A DNA stretch of 63,250 nt, counting the filler. It is 8 parts of 8 records of this genome, joined end to end, with 100 filler letters (N's around TTAATTAATTAA, not from the genome) between each part and the next. Parts side by side here need not be neighbours in the genome. Positions count along the whole stretch, not along the records: positions 46,365 to 51,420 come from SRR31147125_30817; positions 51,521 to 58,002 come from SRR31147125_30821; positions 58,103 to 63,250 come from SRR31147125_30868; 5 more parts are not named here. The stretch is one strand, 5' to 3'. Below, piece after piece: positions 51,374 through 62,285 of the stretch. The position numbers were made by a program, and so were the translations under genes. The first letter of the stretch is position 1; every line of letters begins with the position of its first letter. A model generated the notes under the pieces. It worked only from the letters and a program-made list of their open reading frames with translations, searched no databases and was not told the origin of the DNA.

Positions 51374-51420
51374 CAGCTCAAAAAACCCTTGTAATCGCAA
51401 TGATTACAAGGGTTTTTGGT
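51368..51420 (+). repeat. Right att-like direct repeat
   Basis: GACTAACAGCTCAAAAAACCCTTGTAATCGCAATGATTACAAGGGTTTTTGGT. Confidence 0.85.
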
Positions 51421-51520
51421 NNNNNNNNNNNNNNNNNNNNNNNNNNNNNNNNNNNNNNNNNNNNTTAATTAATTAANNNNNNNNNNNNNNNNNNNNNNNN
51501 NNNNNNNNNNNNNNNNNNNN
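51421..51520. other. Artificial contig spacer
   Basis: N/TTAATTAATTAA/N linker. Confidence 0.99.
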
Positions 51521-51544
51521 AAAAAATCAATAAATAAAGTTGGG

Positions 51545-53204
51545 ATGATTGTTGTATTATTTGTTCTTGTGCATATTGTTTTTGCACAACCACAAAGTTC
51601 TAGCCTTCAAGAAACAGGATTTGCGAGGTTCAATATTTTGGATTTTGGAGCAGTTCCTGATGGTAAGACGTTGAATACCGTGGCCATTCAAAAAGCAATA
51701 GACACAGCTTTTCAAAGTGGCGGAGGAATTGTATATGTCCCTCCGGGTGTCTATTTATCTGGTTCTCTGGAATTGTTCGATAATATAACGTTGTATCTGG
51801 AAGGGGGCGACGATCAAGGGAAGTCGCAAATATGATCATTATGATAAAGGGCATTTGATTGTTGCAAGGGAAGCAAAAAATGTTTGTATTACCGGAAGCG
51901 GCCAAATAGATGGGCAAGGAGATGCATTTTGGGAACGGCGAACTGAATTCCCCAAATGGATGCAGGGACGCAAATCCTATGGTTGGGTTCCAGCGTTTTG
52001 TTTCAAACGCAAAAAAAGACCCGAATCCCTCATAAGTTTTATTGGTTGTTCTGATGTTCGAATGGAAAATGTACTCCTTCAAAATTCACCAGCCTGGACT
52101 GTCCATTTTCTTGCATGCGATTTCGTGCATGTACGCGGTTTACGTATACGAAATCTCATTCATGGATGCAATACTGACGGCCTTGATTTTGATGCATGTC
52201 GAGATGTTTTGGTTTCCGGCTGTGATATTATTACGGGAGATGACGCTATCGTTCTAAAGAATACAAACCGGGAAAACAGAAAACGTTTATCACGCAATAT
52301 TACTGTTACGAATTGTATTTTGGCTACAACCTGTAATGGATTTAAAATTGGCACTGAAACCCAGGATGATTTTGAAAATATTGTTTTCACAAACTCTATT
52401 ATCAAGGCAATTGAAGATTACGATTTACAATCAGATCTAGCTCCTGATAAACTCTGTATTGAACAACCAACGGATCTGGGACCATTGAGCGGTATCGCAT
52501 TGGAATCAATAGATGGCGGTCACGTTCGTGGTATTATGATTTCGAATCTTGTCATGAAGGGAGTGCGTGCTCCCATATTTCTTCGAATTGGTAACCGGGG
52601 AAGAGGACAAAAAACTGAGAACACAATTCCAGGCACACTTGGCAATATTACAATTGATAATATCATTGCCTACGATGCTTCCATAACCTCATCAATTACC
52701 GGTTTAATAAATTATCCTGTTGCGGATGTGTCGATAAGTAATGTTCGAATTGAAGTAAATGGAGGTGGCTCAAAAGAGTTAGCTGAACGAAAGATCAAAG
52801 AAGAGGAGAAAAAAGGACCGGATTCCATCATGTTTGGACCTTTGCCGGCATTTGGTTTCTTTTGTAGACACGTGCACGATTTAACAATGCGAAATATCAG
52901 CGTAACTTTTAAAAACAATGACGCGCGACCTTTGCTGGTTTGTGATGATGTGTCGGATTTGTGCGTAGCAGGATTAAAGGCAAACTCTCAAATAGATGCT
53001 CAGAGTTTAATTCGATTAGTAAATGTGAGTGATGCGATTTTTCAGGGAATGACAGTCCCCAAAGGCTTGCAAACATGGATGGATGTAAGAGGGATGTCTT
53101 CTAAACACATTCTTCTTTTACCAATTGAGTTGATAGATGTCCAGAAGCCATATACACTCGGAAAGGATGTCTCGCAAGATGCCGTTAAAATGGTTAAAAA
53201 TTAA
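51545..53204 (+). CDS. Secreted GH28 family glycoside hydrolase; frameshift in a G run near 51805 (start may be off-contig)
   Basis: FNILDFGAVPDG..AIQKAID, NTDG, GDDAIVLK, GFKIGTE. Confidence 0.88.
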
Positions 53205-53302
53205 TAATATTTACTTACGAAATATCACGTACCTTTCAAGTTAAATTTCGTTTTATTGTAATCAAAAATTTATTTGCTATACTTGCTATAAGGAGGAAAA
53301 AA

Positions 53303-54139
53303 ATGAAAATGAATCGTTTTGGCTTTGCAATGTTGTTTTCTGTTGTTGGATTAACAATCCTGTGGAGTTGTGGCCAGAAGCAAAATAAGACTTTTGATTT
53401 TATTGTCGTTGCTCATCGAGGCGTGGTTGATGGCGAACGCATGGAAAACAGCCTGGCATCCCTGGAGGAGACGATAAACCAGGGATATACACACGTGGAA
53501 GTTGATTTGAGATGTATAAAAGACGGCACCGTTGTTTGTTTTCATGATGGTTCTTTGGAGCGCGTATTAGGAATAAATAAAGTTTTACGTGAATTGACTC
53601 TCCCCGAACTCAAAGAAATTACCTCCACTTTTAGTTCAAATCCAATTCCAACTTTTGATGAATTCTGCTCTCGTTGTCAGGGACAAATTAATTTAATGCC
53701 GGACATAAAGCGATGCCCGGCATCGCAGCTGGATCAATATGTGACTGATATTGAACATATTCTGAAAAGATATCATCTTTTAGATGGTGCTCTGATTATA
53801 GGTGATACGGAAATAGTTGATAAATTTTATGGAAAAACCAAAATAGCCTGGAGAGACAGGTACAAGGAGGCGTTGAAATCTGAAAAGGCTCATAACGACC
53901 CCTCCCGATATTTCTTCATTTTTAATCATGGTGAACATTTTAACAAGGAAGAAGTGGATGGATTTCATAAAATGGGATTAAAAATTATTGTCAGCATTAA
54001 TAATTGGCATTATCCTGATGATGATCCTGATATGCAATATGGCCAGAACGACATTCAGCGTATGGTAGACCTTGGCGTGGATGGGCTGCAAATTGATTCT
54101 CAATATGGTGAATTTGTTTTTCGTCAAATAAAAAAATGA
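53303..54139 (+). CDS. Glycerophosphodiester phosphodiesterase, probable lipoprotein
   Basis: Lipobox-like LWSC; AHRG, ENS, EVDL, HD, GVDGLQID. Confidence 0.88.
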   Translation: MKMNRFGFAMLFSVVGLTILWSCGQKQNKTFDFIVVAHRGVVDGERMENSLASLEETINQGYTHVEVDLRCIKDGTVVCFHDGSLERVLGINKVLRELTLPELKEITSTFSSNPIPTFDEFCSRCQGQINLMPDIKRCPASQLDQYVTDIEHILKRYHLLDGALIIGDTEIVDKFYGKTKIAWRDRYKEALKSEKAHNDPSRYFFIFNHGEHFNKEEVDGFHKMGLKIIVSINNWHYPDDDPDMQYGQNDIQRMVDLGVDGLQIDSQYGEFVFRQIKK

Positions 54140-54745
54140 TTTAAAATGTCAAACAAGTATAAAATTTTAAAGTAGTGAGAATGTTGTTTATTAGTGGTTT
54201 TAAATGATAAGCTTTTGTTGTTGACCATATTGAGTGTTTCATCATAGTGCATTAAAGAAGAAAATCGGTATTAGTAATCGATAATGTACTTTTAACTTCA
54301 TTATAACAATAAAAAACTATTTTTTGCGATGTTTGTCGAAAAAACTGTTTAAAAGTCTAATCAGTTTTAAAAAACATTGTGATTATAATCCAATTTACAT
54401 ACAGTTAAAGTTATCAATTTGTAAATGAAGCCGAATTCGTTTGGGCAATTTATACCAGGGAAATTTCAGATTTTGGTAGCGAATAATTAACTGTTGCTAT
54501 TTTTATAAAACATTGTGACCAATCAAGAGCTGATTCCTGACTTGTCCGATCCAGTTTTATCAAGTTGATCTGTGTTTGTGGCACTCCAACACGTCCCAGG
54601 TATCTATGATTTATAGTACAAGAACAGGCATACTCAATTGCCAGAGCTCTGGTGAGGTGGAAAAGCATTCGGCGAACCGGTTTTTTCAGGAAAATATGTT
54701 GTATGGAAAATTGTACTGTTTACCCCCCAGGCGGTCAGTTTTTCA

Positions 54746-55110
54746 CCATTTTTGATGTTTTTTGTGATTTTAGAATCGGCTTAATTTTAATATAAACATT
54801 AAACTATGTGAGTTGACTGAATGTAGCATGTCAGTGTTTGCAAATTGTACCATCAGTGGACCAATTTTGGTTTTTTATTGTGATTTTAAAAATGGCTTTA
54901 TTTAAAAATAAACATAAAGTTAACGAGTTTGATAATTATGCCATGCCAGCATTTGCCAGGTGATTCAATTTTGGACCAGTTTTGGTTCTGTTTTAGTGAT
55001 TTTCAAGACAGTATAAATTATTTATAAACAAAAATATATGCAAAGTTGACCGATTGTGCCATTCCAGCATTCGCCGGGTGTTTCAGTTTTGGTACATTTT
55101 TTGTGATTTT
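54746..55110. repeat. Degenerate non-coding tandem array, 116-bp period, about 3.3 units
   Basis: GTGATTTT at 54764, 54880, 54996, 55103; ATAAACA at 54792, 54908, 55024. Confidence 0.8.
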
Positions 55111-55134
55111 TACAAAGAACAATTTTGCGCGGAC

Positions 55135-55161
55135 AGATGTTTCGACTCCGCTCAACATGAC
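55135..55161 (-). repeat. REP-like element of the GTCATGYTGAGCGGAGTCGAAR type
   Basis: Minus strand GTCATGTTGAGCGGAGTCGAAACATCT; recognised from memory as a dispersed repeat of FCB-group genomes. Confidence 0.55.
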
Positions 55162-55851
55162 TGGTTTAATTAGAATATCTATGGAATAGTTTAGCATGGC
55201 AAACATGTCTTTATTGTTATAACGTGCGCACAGTCAGCAGAAGGGCGTTTATCCGTTATGTCTTTTTATCAATTTAAGATGATAAAAATCAATAGCAAGT
55301 GATTTTGCCCAAATATGGATATATGGGAGATTTTATTGAAAAGTTTCGTTATTTCCTGGAATTACAATCGGATTATTTTGGTTTTTTTTCATATCAATAA
55401 TCCGTGTGTCCCAAAGATATTTTATTTTAATGTACTGTTATTTAATAATTAATAAAGCATTTTAGAAACAGTTAATTGGACGCTCTTTAGATTTTAGATA
55501 TTTTTTTATAAAAATTGAAGTACGCCGTATGGTATCGTTATTTCCTGGAAATTAAAAGATGAACCATAATGTGAATCCAACGAGTCAGGAATAATCTTGT
55601 ACTATTTCTATAAATAATTTTTTATAGATATGGGTCGAATCGATATTACATTTTGAAATTAGCATTTTAAAGCTGAAGGTAAACTTTTGCATCGCCACTA
55701 TTGTTTTTCGGTAGAAAATAACATATCTGTTTGCATATTTTTAAGTAAAAAAGTGTTATTATTTATTGTTGATTTGATTACAATGGAATATCACTGAATT
55801 TTATCGCCAATTCATAATCAGGAATTGAAATTATTTAAATGGAAATTATTT

Positions 55852-56859
55852 ATGAACTTACGAGCATTGTTTTTGCTTATAATTGTCCAGACTGTATTGG
55901 GCGCCAATGGAGATAAACCTATAGTTATAGCGCATCGGGGTGCATCCGGTTATATTGTTGAGCATACCCTTGCATCCAAAGCCATGGCTGCTGCTATGGG
56001 TGCTGATTACCTCGAACAGGATGTCGTCATGAGTCGTGATAATGTGCCAATCATAAGCCATGATATAGTACTGGAGCATGTATCAAACGTGGAACAGATT
56101 TACCCTAATAGAAATCGTGATGACGGACATTATTATGCTATTGATTTTTCTTGTGCGGAATTGAAATCACTTACTCTCCATGAACGTACAGATAAAAACA
56201 ATAAAAATGCGGCTTACCAAAACCGATTTCCCCTTTCCAATAAAGTCGGTTTTAAAATTGTTACGCTTGAAGAAGAAATTAATTTTATACAGGGCCTGGA
56301 AAAGAGTCTTGGAAGATCAATTGGTCTCTATGTTGAAATTAAATCACCTGAATTTCACCGACAACAAGGTTGTGATTTGGCAAAATCTGTTCTTGACCTA
56401 TTAGCAAAATATGGATTTGCAGAAAAAAAAGATAAAATATTTATTCAATGCTTTGATTTTAATACATTGGAATATATAAGGACGGATTTAAACAGCCAAC
56501 TCAAGCTTATTATGCTTGTTGGAACCAGTTCTGATTATGATGAGCTGGTTACAGAGTCGGGACTTGAAAAAGTGGCAAAAATTTGTAACGGCATAGGGCC
56601 TAGTTTAAAACGGTTGTATTTCGAAAATCAGGGTACAGTTGCTATTACTTCTCTAGTCAGCCTGGCACATAAAAAAGGTCTCGATGTTCATCCATATACA
56701 TTACGATTTGAGGAAAGACCATCCTATATTCCGACACTTGAGGACTGGTATAAACTTTTATTTGTACAATTACAAGTTGATGGTTTATTTACTGATTTTC
56801 CCGATGCGATAGTTAATTATTTACAGAAAAATATGAGGGAAAATGAAAATAATTATTAA
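55852..56859 (+). CDS. glpQ: Periplasmic glycerophosphodiester phosphodiesterase
   Basis: Signal peptide; IAHRGASGYIVEHT, ADYLEQDVV, YVEIKSP, VHPYT, DGLFTDFPD. Confidence 0.9.
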   Translation: MNLRALFLLIIVQTVLGANGDKPIVIAHRGASGYIVEHTLASKAMAAAMGADYLEQDVVMSRDNVPIISHDIVLEHVSNVEQIYPNRNRDDGHYYAIDFSCAELKSLTLHERTDKNNKNAAYQNRFPLSNKVGFKIVTLEEEINFIQGLEKSLGRSIGLYVEIKSPEFHRQQGCDLAKSVLDLLAKYGFAEKKDKIFIQCFDFNTLEYIRTDLNSQLKLIMLVGTSSDYDELVTESGLEKVAKICNGIGPSLKRLYFENQGTVAITSLVSLAHKKGLDVHPYTLRFEERPSYIPTLEDWYKLLFVQLQVDGLFTDFPDAIVNYLQKNMRENENNY

Positions 56860-57958
56860 TACAAAAAGCCCTATACCGAAATATTATCAATTACAAACCT
56901 GGCTTGTTGAGCAAATTGAACAAGGTGTGTACGCCCCGGGAGATAAAATTCCCACAGAGGAAGAAATTATTGAAATTACAGGACTTGCCCGGGCTACTAT
57001 AAGTCAGGCGATTAGAAATCTGCATAATGAGGGTTATTTAACCAGAAAACGTGGTCATGGCTCCTTTGTCATTGAACGGTATAATCAAAAAGACATGGAA
57101 ATGATTATCGCTGTAATGGTTCATGATATCCGAAGTGGCTATGCCTCGGAATTTTTACGTGGTGTCGGTGATGAAGCGGATAAAAATAATTATAGTATTT
57201 TGCTGTGTAATCATGATGATTTATATGTCCGAGCCGAATATCATTGCCGAAAAATTATAGACCTGAGCCCAAGCGGCATTATCTTTATCCCTACTGTAGC
57301 TACGGATGATAAAAATATTGAGATTATTGAAAGTTTTTTAAATAAAAATTTTCCTGTGGTGCTTGCTGATCGAACTATATCTATTCAAACTGTTGATACC
57401 GTGAGTACGAATAATTTTGACGGGGCGTATCTATTGACTCGATATCTTATTGAATTAGGACACAAAAAGATAGCATTTTTTCAAAATGCACAAAGCAGCA
57501 GTGAAAAAAACAGATTGGCAGGTTATAAAAAAGCTTTAAGTGATTATCGTATTGATTTTGATCCGGATATCGTTGTCACGCCGTTCGAGCGATACGTGGA
57601 AAAAAGATGCTATGAGTATGCCCGAATATTTTTGACGGATCATTCAAAGTATACTGCTCTACTTGCTAACACAGACAAGTCAGCTGTTATTTTTAGTAGG
57701 GTCGCAGAAGAAATGGGGATACGCATACCTCAGGATTTATCTATTGTTGGTTATGACAACTTGACGTGTAACTGTCCTTCTCAATTGTCAATCACAACAA
57801 TCCATCAACCTATTTACAAAATGGGTAAGCAGTGTCTTCAATTTATGCTATCCCGAATTCAGGGGTATACAGGAAAACCACGGCATATAGTGCTTGAAAC
57901 TCATCTTGTTGAAGGAAATTCCGTTCGTGACCTTACAAAATTCTGTCAAGCCGAATAA
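56843..57958 (+). CDS. GntR-HTH plus LacI-type sensor regulator (AraR-like)
   Basis: PKYYQL, KIPTEEE, RGHGSFV; IPQDLSIVGYD, TTIHQP. Confidence 0.92.
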   Translation: MKIIINTKSPIPKYYQLQTWLVEQIEQGVYAPGDKIPTEEEIIEITGLARATISQAIRNLHNEGYLTRKRGHGSFVIERYNQKDMEMIIAVMVHDIRSGYASEFLRGVGDEADKNNYSILLCNHDDLYVRAEYHCRKIIDLSPSGIIFIPTVATDDKNIEIIESFLNKNFPVVLADRTISIQTVDTVSTNNFDGAYLLTRYLIELGHKKIAFFQNAQSSSEKNRLAGYKKALSDYRIDFDPDIVVTPFERYVEKRCYEYARIFLTDHSKYTALLANTDKSAVIFSRVAEEMGIRIPQDLSIVGYDNLTCNCPSQLSITTIHQPIYKMGKQCLQFMLSRIQGYTGKPRHIVLETHLVEGNSVRDLTKFCQAE

Positions 57959-58002
57959 TGTGGTTGGTATATATAGGGCTTCACAAAACTATTTCTCAAT
58001 TA

Positions 58003-58102
58003 NNNNNNNNNNNNNNNNNNNNNNNNNNNNNNNNNNNNNNNNNNNNTTAATTAATTAANNNNNNNNNNNNNNNNNNNNNNNNNNNNNNNNNNNNNNNNNN
58101 NN
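58003..58102. other. Artificial contig spacer
   Basis: N/TTAATTAATTAA/N linker. Confidence 0.99.
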
Positions 58103-58610
58103 TTTTTCTATACAATATAAATACAAACAAACCAATAAATAGATAGTTAAGCAATCCCATTAATTGGTTTACATCTAAAAAACCTGAAGTTCTATGTAAA
58201 TGCTTAACTTCTGATTGATAAATTGAATAAAACAAATTCAAGCATGCTCCAATTAGAAAACTTTTTACTAACACACTTTGCTTTTGACTATTCATTTTAT
58301 AAAAGCTAAACATCATCAATGTTGCAAAAATCTTCAAACCAGCTTTTATATATAATTTATCAATCGACTCAAATTTATTATGCACTATCACATTTATAAC
58401 AATTGTCAGCATAAATACCAAACTTGCTTTTAGTATTTTACTTTCTTTTATAAGAGTCAATAACTGTTTAGTTTTGACCAAATCAAAAATTAATGTAATT
58501 ACAATTAAGTAAAATGAAAGATTTCTTAATGCTCTTGAAACTGTCATCGAGAATGTAAGTAAAATCATCAATATATAAATATATGTATTTATCTCTTGTT
58601 TTTTATTCAT
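58103..58610 (-). CDS. O-antigen ligase-like membrane protein, 3'-truncated
   Basis: Multi-TM, RTSGF..N motif, LPS cluster context. Confidence 0.6.
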
Positions 58611-58646
58611 GCCTCTCCTTTAATTCTGTTCTGTAAAACATAGACG

Positions 58647-59732
58647 TTAGTTTAGAGCTATTTTTATTTTCTCCAAACAGTTCTCCAGAGTAAATTTCTC
58701 TTCCACTCTTTTTTTCCCCATTTTTCCAAAGTCATTTACAACTTCTTCGTCTCTAGTATACATTTCTATTTCATCACAAAATTCGATTATATTTTCGAAT
58801 TCAACTAAATTTCCCGTTTTTCCATTATCAATGATTTCAGAGTTATTACTGGTATCAAATGCTATAACAGGTTTTTCTGCTAACATCGCTTCAACCATAA
58901 CATAACCAAAGCCTTCCCAGATTGATGTAAGTAAAAACACATCAATTGTTTTCATAAAACTTTTTATATTATCAATAAAGCCAAGGAAAACGACCTCATC
59001 TTCTACTCCTTTTTCTTTTGAGTAAGCTTTTAGCTCTTCTTCAAGCTCCCCAATCCCTGCAATTAATATTTTAAAGTTTATAGCTCTATTTTTTAGTTCT
59101 GCCGCAATATCTATAAGGTATTTTTGACCTTTTTGATGACTTAATCTTCCTGCATTTCCTAAAATAATTTCATCGTTTTCTCTTTTATAGATTATTTCAT
59201 AATCTCGTTCTAAATACTCTCTTTCATCTATACCATTATATATTATCGATATTTTTTCTTCTGAAATAATATTTTTGTTATTTAGAAGTATCGTTTTTTT
59301 AGTAAACTCTGAATTTGCTATAACTCTTGTTATAATTTTTCCAAATAAAAATCTATTTACAAAAGTATTTTTAATTGGAATTGCGCTTCCTCTTCTGTAA
59401 ATTATTTTTTCTACACCTGCTAATTTAGCAGCAATACCTGCACTCTTTAAGTCAGATGGTAGGTTCATTATCACTGAGTTTATTTTATTAATCTTAAAAA
59501 AATTATATAATCTATATATTAGAATCACATTTAAAAAACCCAAGTTACCTATTTTCCAAGGAAAAGTTTTCAACATTTTTTTACTAGCTCTCTCAAAAAA
59601 AGGTTTATTAGGATAGGCACAAACAAAAACCTCAAATTTTTTCTCTTTATTGAGTTGTTCAGCTATTTCTAGATGCCACTTTTCTCCTCCACCCCAAACT
59701 TTACAAGTATTAAAAAAACAGACTTTTTTCAT
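58647..59732 (-). CDS. GT4 glycosyltransferase
   Basis: WGGGEKW, GRLSHQKG, SIWEGFGYVMVEAM; start at MKKVCFF after GGGAG. Confidence 0.92.
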   Translation of the reverse strand: MKKVCFFNTCKVWGGGEKWHLEIAEQLNKEKKFEVFVCAYPNKPFFERASKKMLKTFPWKIGNLGFLNVILIYRLYNFFKINKINSVIMNLPSDLKSAGIAAKLAGVEKIIYRRGSAIPIKNTFVNRFLFGKIITRVIANSEFTKKTILLNNKNIISEEKISIIYNGIDEREYLERDYEIIYKRENDEIILGNAGRLSHQKGQKYLIDIAAELKNRAINFKILIAGIGELEEELKAYSKEKGVEDEVVFLGFIDNIKSFMKTIDVFLLTSIWEGFGYVMVEAMLAEKPVIAFDTSNNSEIIDNGKTGNLVEFENIIEFCDEIEMYTRDEEVVNDFGKMGKKRVEEKFTLENCLEKIKIALN

Positions 59733-59745
59733 TATACCATTCTCC

Positions 59746-60492
59746 CTACTTGTCATTATTCTTATGAAGTAACCTTAGCTTACAATAGATAGTAAAAGTA
59801 TATATTGATGATAATGCAGCATCTAAAAAGCCATGAAAGCCATCCATAAATCCTAATAAAAAGATGTATCTTTTTATAAATCTGAATATTGGATTTCCGA
59901 TAATTTTCAACAGAGGAGCTTTTTTCCCTCTTTTAAACCTTGTTTCAGCTCCTTCAGTTGTATATATTTGGAATTTTTCAAAATATTCTTCTAAATTTTC
60001 ATAGTTATAATTTATTGCCGAGTTTTTTAGTTTTCCTAACTTACCTTTATGTAAAAAAGCCGCATGAAGCGGTCTTTCTTCAAAATCCATATAACCATTC
60101 TTAAAGAAGATTTTTCTATAAAATTTATGTCCAAAATTTAGAGTTTTTCCAAAACTTCTATTTAATATTCTAACGTTATAAACATCCGTTGATGAACCTT
60201 TTTTTAATATTTCGTCTATTTCTGCTTTTAGTTCCTCTGTTACAACTTCATCTTGATCAATAAGGAGAATCCATTCTCCTTTGCACTTCTGTACAACACT
60301 TCTATATTGAGGGCCATCACCCTTCCAAGCCTCTTTGTACACATCTCCATATTGAGAAGCGATCTCTGCTGTATTATCTGAGCTAAAGCTATCAATCATT
60401 ACTATTTCGTCTGCCCAACCGTGAATGGCCTTTAAAGTTCTTTCTAGATTTTCTGCATAATTAAAAATTAATATTGCAACAGATAATTTCAT
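59746..60492 (-). CDS. GT2 glycosyltransferase (KdtX/WaaE-like)
   Basis: IDSFSSDNT, WILLIDQDE, GFMDGFHGF. Confidence 0.88.
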   Translation of the reverse strand: MKLSVAILIFNYAENLERTLKAIHGWADEIVMIDSFSSDNTAEIASQYGDVYKEAWKGDGPQYRSVVQKCKGEWILLIDQDEVVTEELKAEIDEILKKGSSTDVYNVRILNRSFGKTLNFGHKFYRKIFFKNGYMDFEERPLHAAFLHKGKLGKLKNSAINYNYENLEEYFEKFQIYTTEGAETRFKRGKKAPLLKIIGNPIFRFIKRYIFLLGFMDGFHGFLDAALSSIYTFTIYCKLRLLHKNNDK

Positions 60493-60502
60493 TTTTTCCC
60501 CT

Positions 60503-62230
60503 TTATACATTCTCAAATTGAGTATCATATAGTTTTTTATAAATTCCGTTTTGCTTCAATAGTTCTTCATTTGTTCCAATTTCTTTAACCTCGCCATCAG
60601 CCATAACTACTATCTTGTCTGCATGTAGTATTGTTGATAGTCTATGAGCGATAACTAAACTTGTTCTTTTTTCCATTAGCTTCTCTAAAGCATTCTGTAC
60701 TAATTTTTCTGATTCAGTATCAAGTGCACTTGTTGCTTCATCTAATATTAATATTCTAGGGTTTTGAATCAAAGCTCTTGCGATTGCTATTCTTTGTTTT
60801 TGCCCTCCACTTAACTTAAGGCCTTTTTCTCCAACCTCAGTTTCAAACCCATTTGGAAGTTCATTTATAAAGTTATATGCATTAGCCATTTTAGCAGCTT
60901 CTATAACCTCTTCGTTTGATATATTAGTTGTTCCATAAGATATATTTTCATATATTGTTCCTGAAAACAATACAGTTTCTTGAGGAACTATACCAATTTT
61001 TTGTCTTAATGATTTAATTGTTAAATCTTTTATATCAACATCATCTATTTTAATTTCTCCTGAGTTGATATCATAGAATCTAGGAAGTAAACTAACCAGT
61101 GTCGATTTACCGCTTCCACTTTTACCAACAAAAGCTATCATTTCTCCAGCTTTGATATCTAAATTAATATTTTTCAACACTAAATTTTCTTCGCTTGGGT
61201 AGGAAAAGTTTAAAGCGTTAAAATGTATTTCACCATTAACTTCTTCTAACTCTTTTGCATCTGATTTCTCTTTTATATAATCTTCACTCTCTAATATATC
61301 ATATACTCTGTCGATTGAATGAGATTTGGTTTGTATTTCCCCAACCATTTGAGTTATCTTTTTAATAGGGGTTGCTAATACGGCTAAAGCTGATAAAAAC
61401 GACATAAGTTCTCCTGGAGTCATTTTTCCATTAATTACCAATGTACCACCATAATATGCAACTATTGTTACTGATAAAATATTAAAGAACTCCATTATTG
61501 GTCTAATCTTTGCATTCGTTTTTCTATTTTTTAAAGTCAATTTATAGTTTTCATCACTTTTTACTTTAAACTTATTGAATTCATAATCCTCTGTAGCAAA
61601 ACTTTTTATTACATTTATTCCATTTAAAACTTCCTGAAGTCTACTATTTAAATCAGCTAAGCTTTCTTGTATACCTTTTCCAGTTCTTCTTAGTTTTTTT
61701 ACAAACTTACGTATCAATCTTCCACTTAAAGGAACTACTATTATGCAAACCATACTTAATTTCCAATTTAAATGAAGTAATCTCATTAAAAGTAAAAGAA
61801 CATATATTACCTCTATAAGCAATTTAAAAGAAGACTCAACTACACCTTGAACCATCACTAAATCAGAAGAAAATCTTGTTAAAATATCTCCAAGCTTTAC
61901 TTCATGAAAAAAGTTGTGGGAAGAAGCTATAACCTTTTTGTAAAGATCCTCTCTCATATTTTTAATCATTCGTCCAGAAATATAACTCTGAAGGTATATC
62001 CTGTAAAAACTTCCGAGACCTTTTAAAATAGTAATACCTAACATTCCAACACAAACAAATAAAAGCATCTTTTGATCTTTATTTACCAATACATCATCAA
62101 TTAGATACTCTACTAACCAAACTGGAGCAGCATTTCCCCAGGCCACTAATGTTGAAATCACTGCACTAAGTATTGAAAGTCCAACAAAAGGCTTCATATA
62201 TAGTAAAAGTTTTGAAAATCTGTTTTTCAT
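60503..62230 (-). CDS. msbA: MsbA-like ABC exporter
   Basis: TMD plus GKSGSGKST, LSGGQKQR, LDEATSALD; LPS context. Confidence 0.75.
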   Translation of the reverse strand: MKNRFSKLLLYMKPFVGLSILSAVISTLVAWGNAAPVWLVEYLIDDVLVNKDQKMLLFVCVGMLGITILKGLGSFYRIYLQSYISGRMIKNMREDLYKKVIASSHNFFHEVKLGDILTRFSSDLVMVQGVVESSFKLLIEVIYVLLLLMRLLHLNWKLSMVCIIVVPLSGRLIRKFVKKLRRTGKGIQESLADLNSRLQEVLNGINVIKSFATEDYEFNKFKVKSDENYKLTLKNRKTNAKIRPIMEFFNILSVTIVAYYGGTLVINGKMTPGELMSFLSALAVLATPIKKITQMVGEIQTKSHSIDRVYDILESEDYIKEKSDAKELEEVNGEIHFNALNFSYPSEENLVLKNINLDIKAGEMIAFVGKSGSGKSTLVSLLPRFYDINSGEIKIDDVDIKDLTIKSLRQKIGIVPQETVLFSGTIYENISYGTTNISNEEVIEAAKMANAYNFINELPNGFETEVGEKGLKLSGGQKQRIAIARALIQNPRILILDEATSALDTESEKLVQNALEKLMEKRTSLVIAHRLSTILHADKIVVMADGEVKEIGTNEELLKQNGIYKKLYDTQFENV

Positions 62231-62285
62231 AAAACACCTCTTAATCTTATTTTAAGCAACCCAAATTGAGGTGCTGCCTTTACGT

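Noticed and set aside
54450-55206. Short minus-strand ORFs, and a CRISPR reading of the repeat array
   Set aside because: The ORFs have no motifs and overlap repeats; the units are similar along their whole length, with no identical repeats or unique spacers, and no cas genes
55216-55261. Integron attC-like TAACG...CGTTA
   Set aside because: Shorter than typical attC sites, with no internal L boxes, cassette ORF or integrase
18585-58102. Recurrent TTAATTAATTAA within N runs, and ORFs or gene neighbourhoods crossing them
   Set aside because: Identical artificial linkers; composition changes at each one, so cross-spacer associations are meaningless
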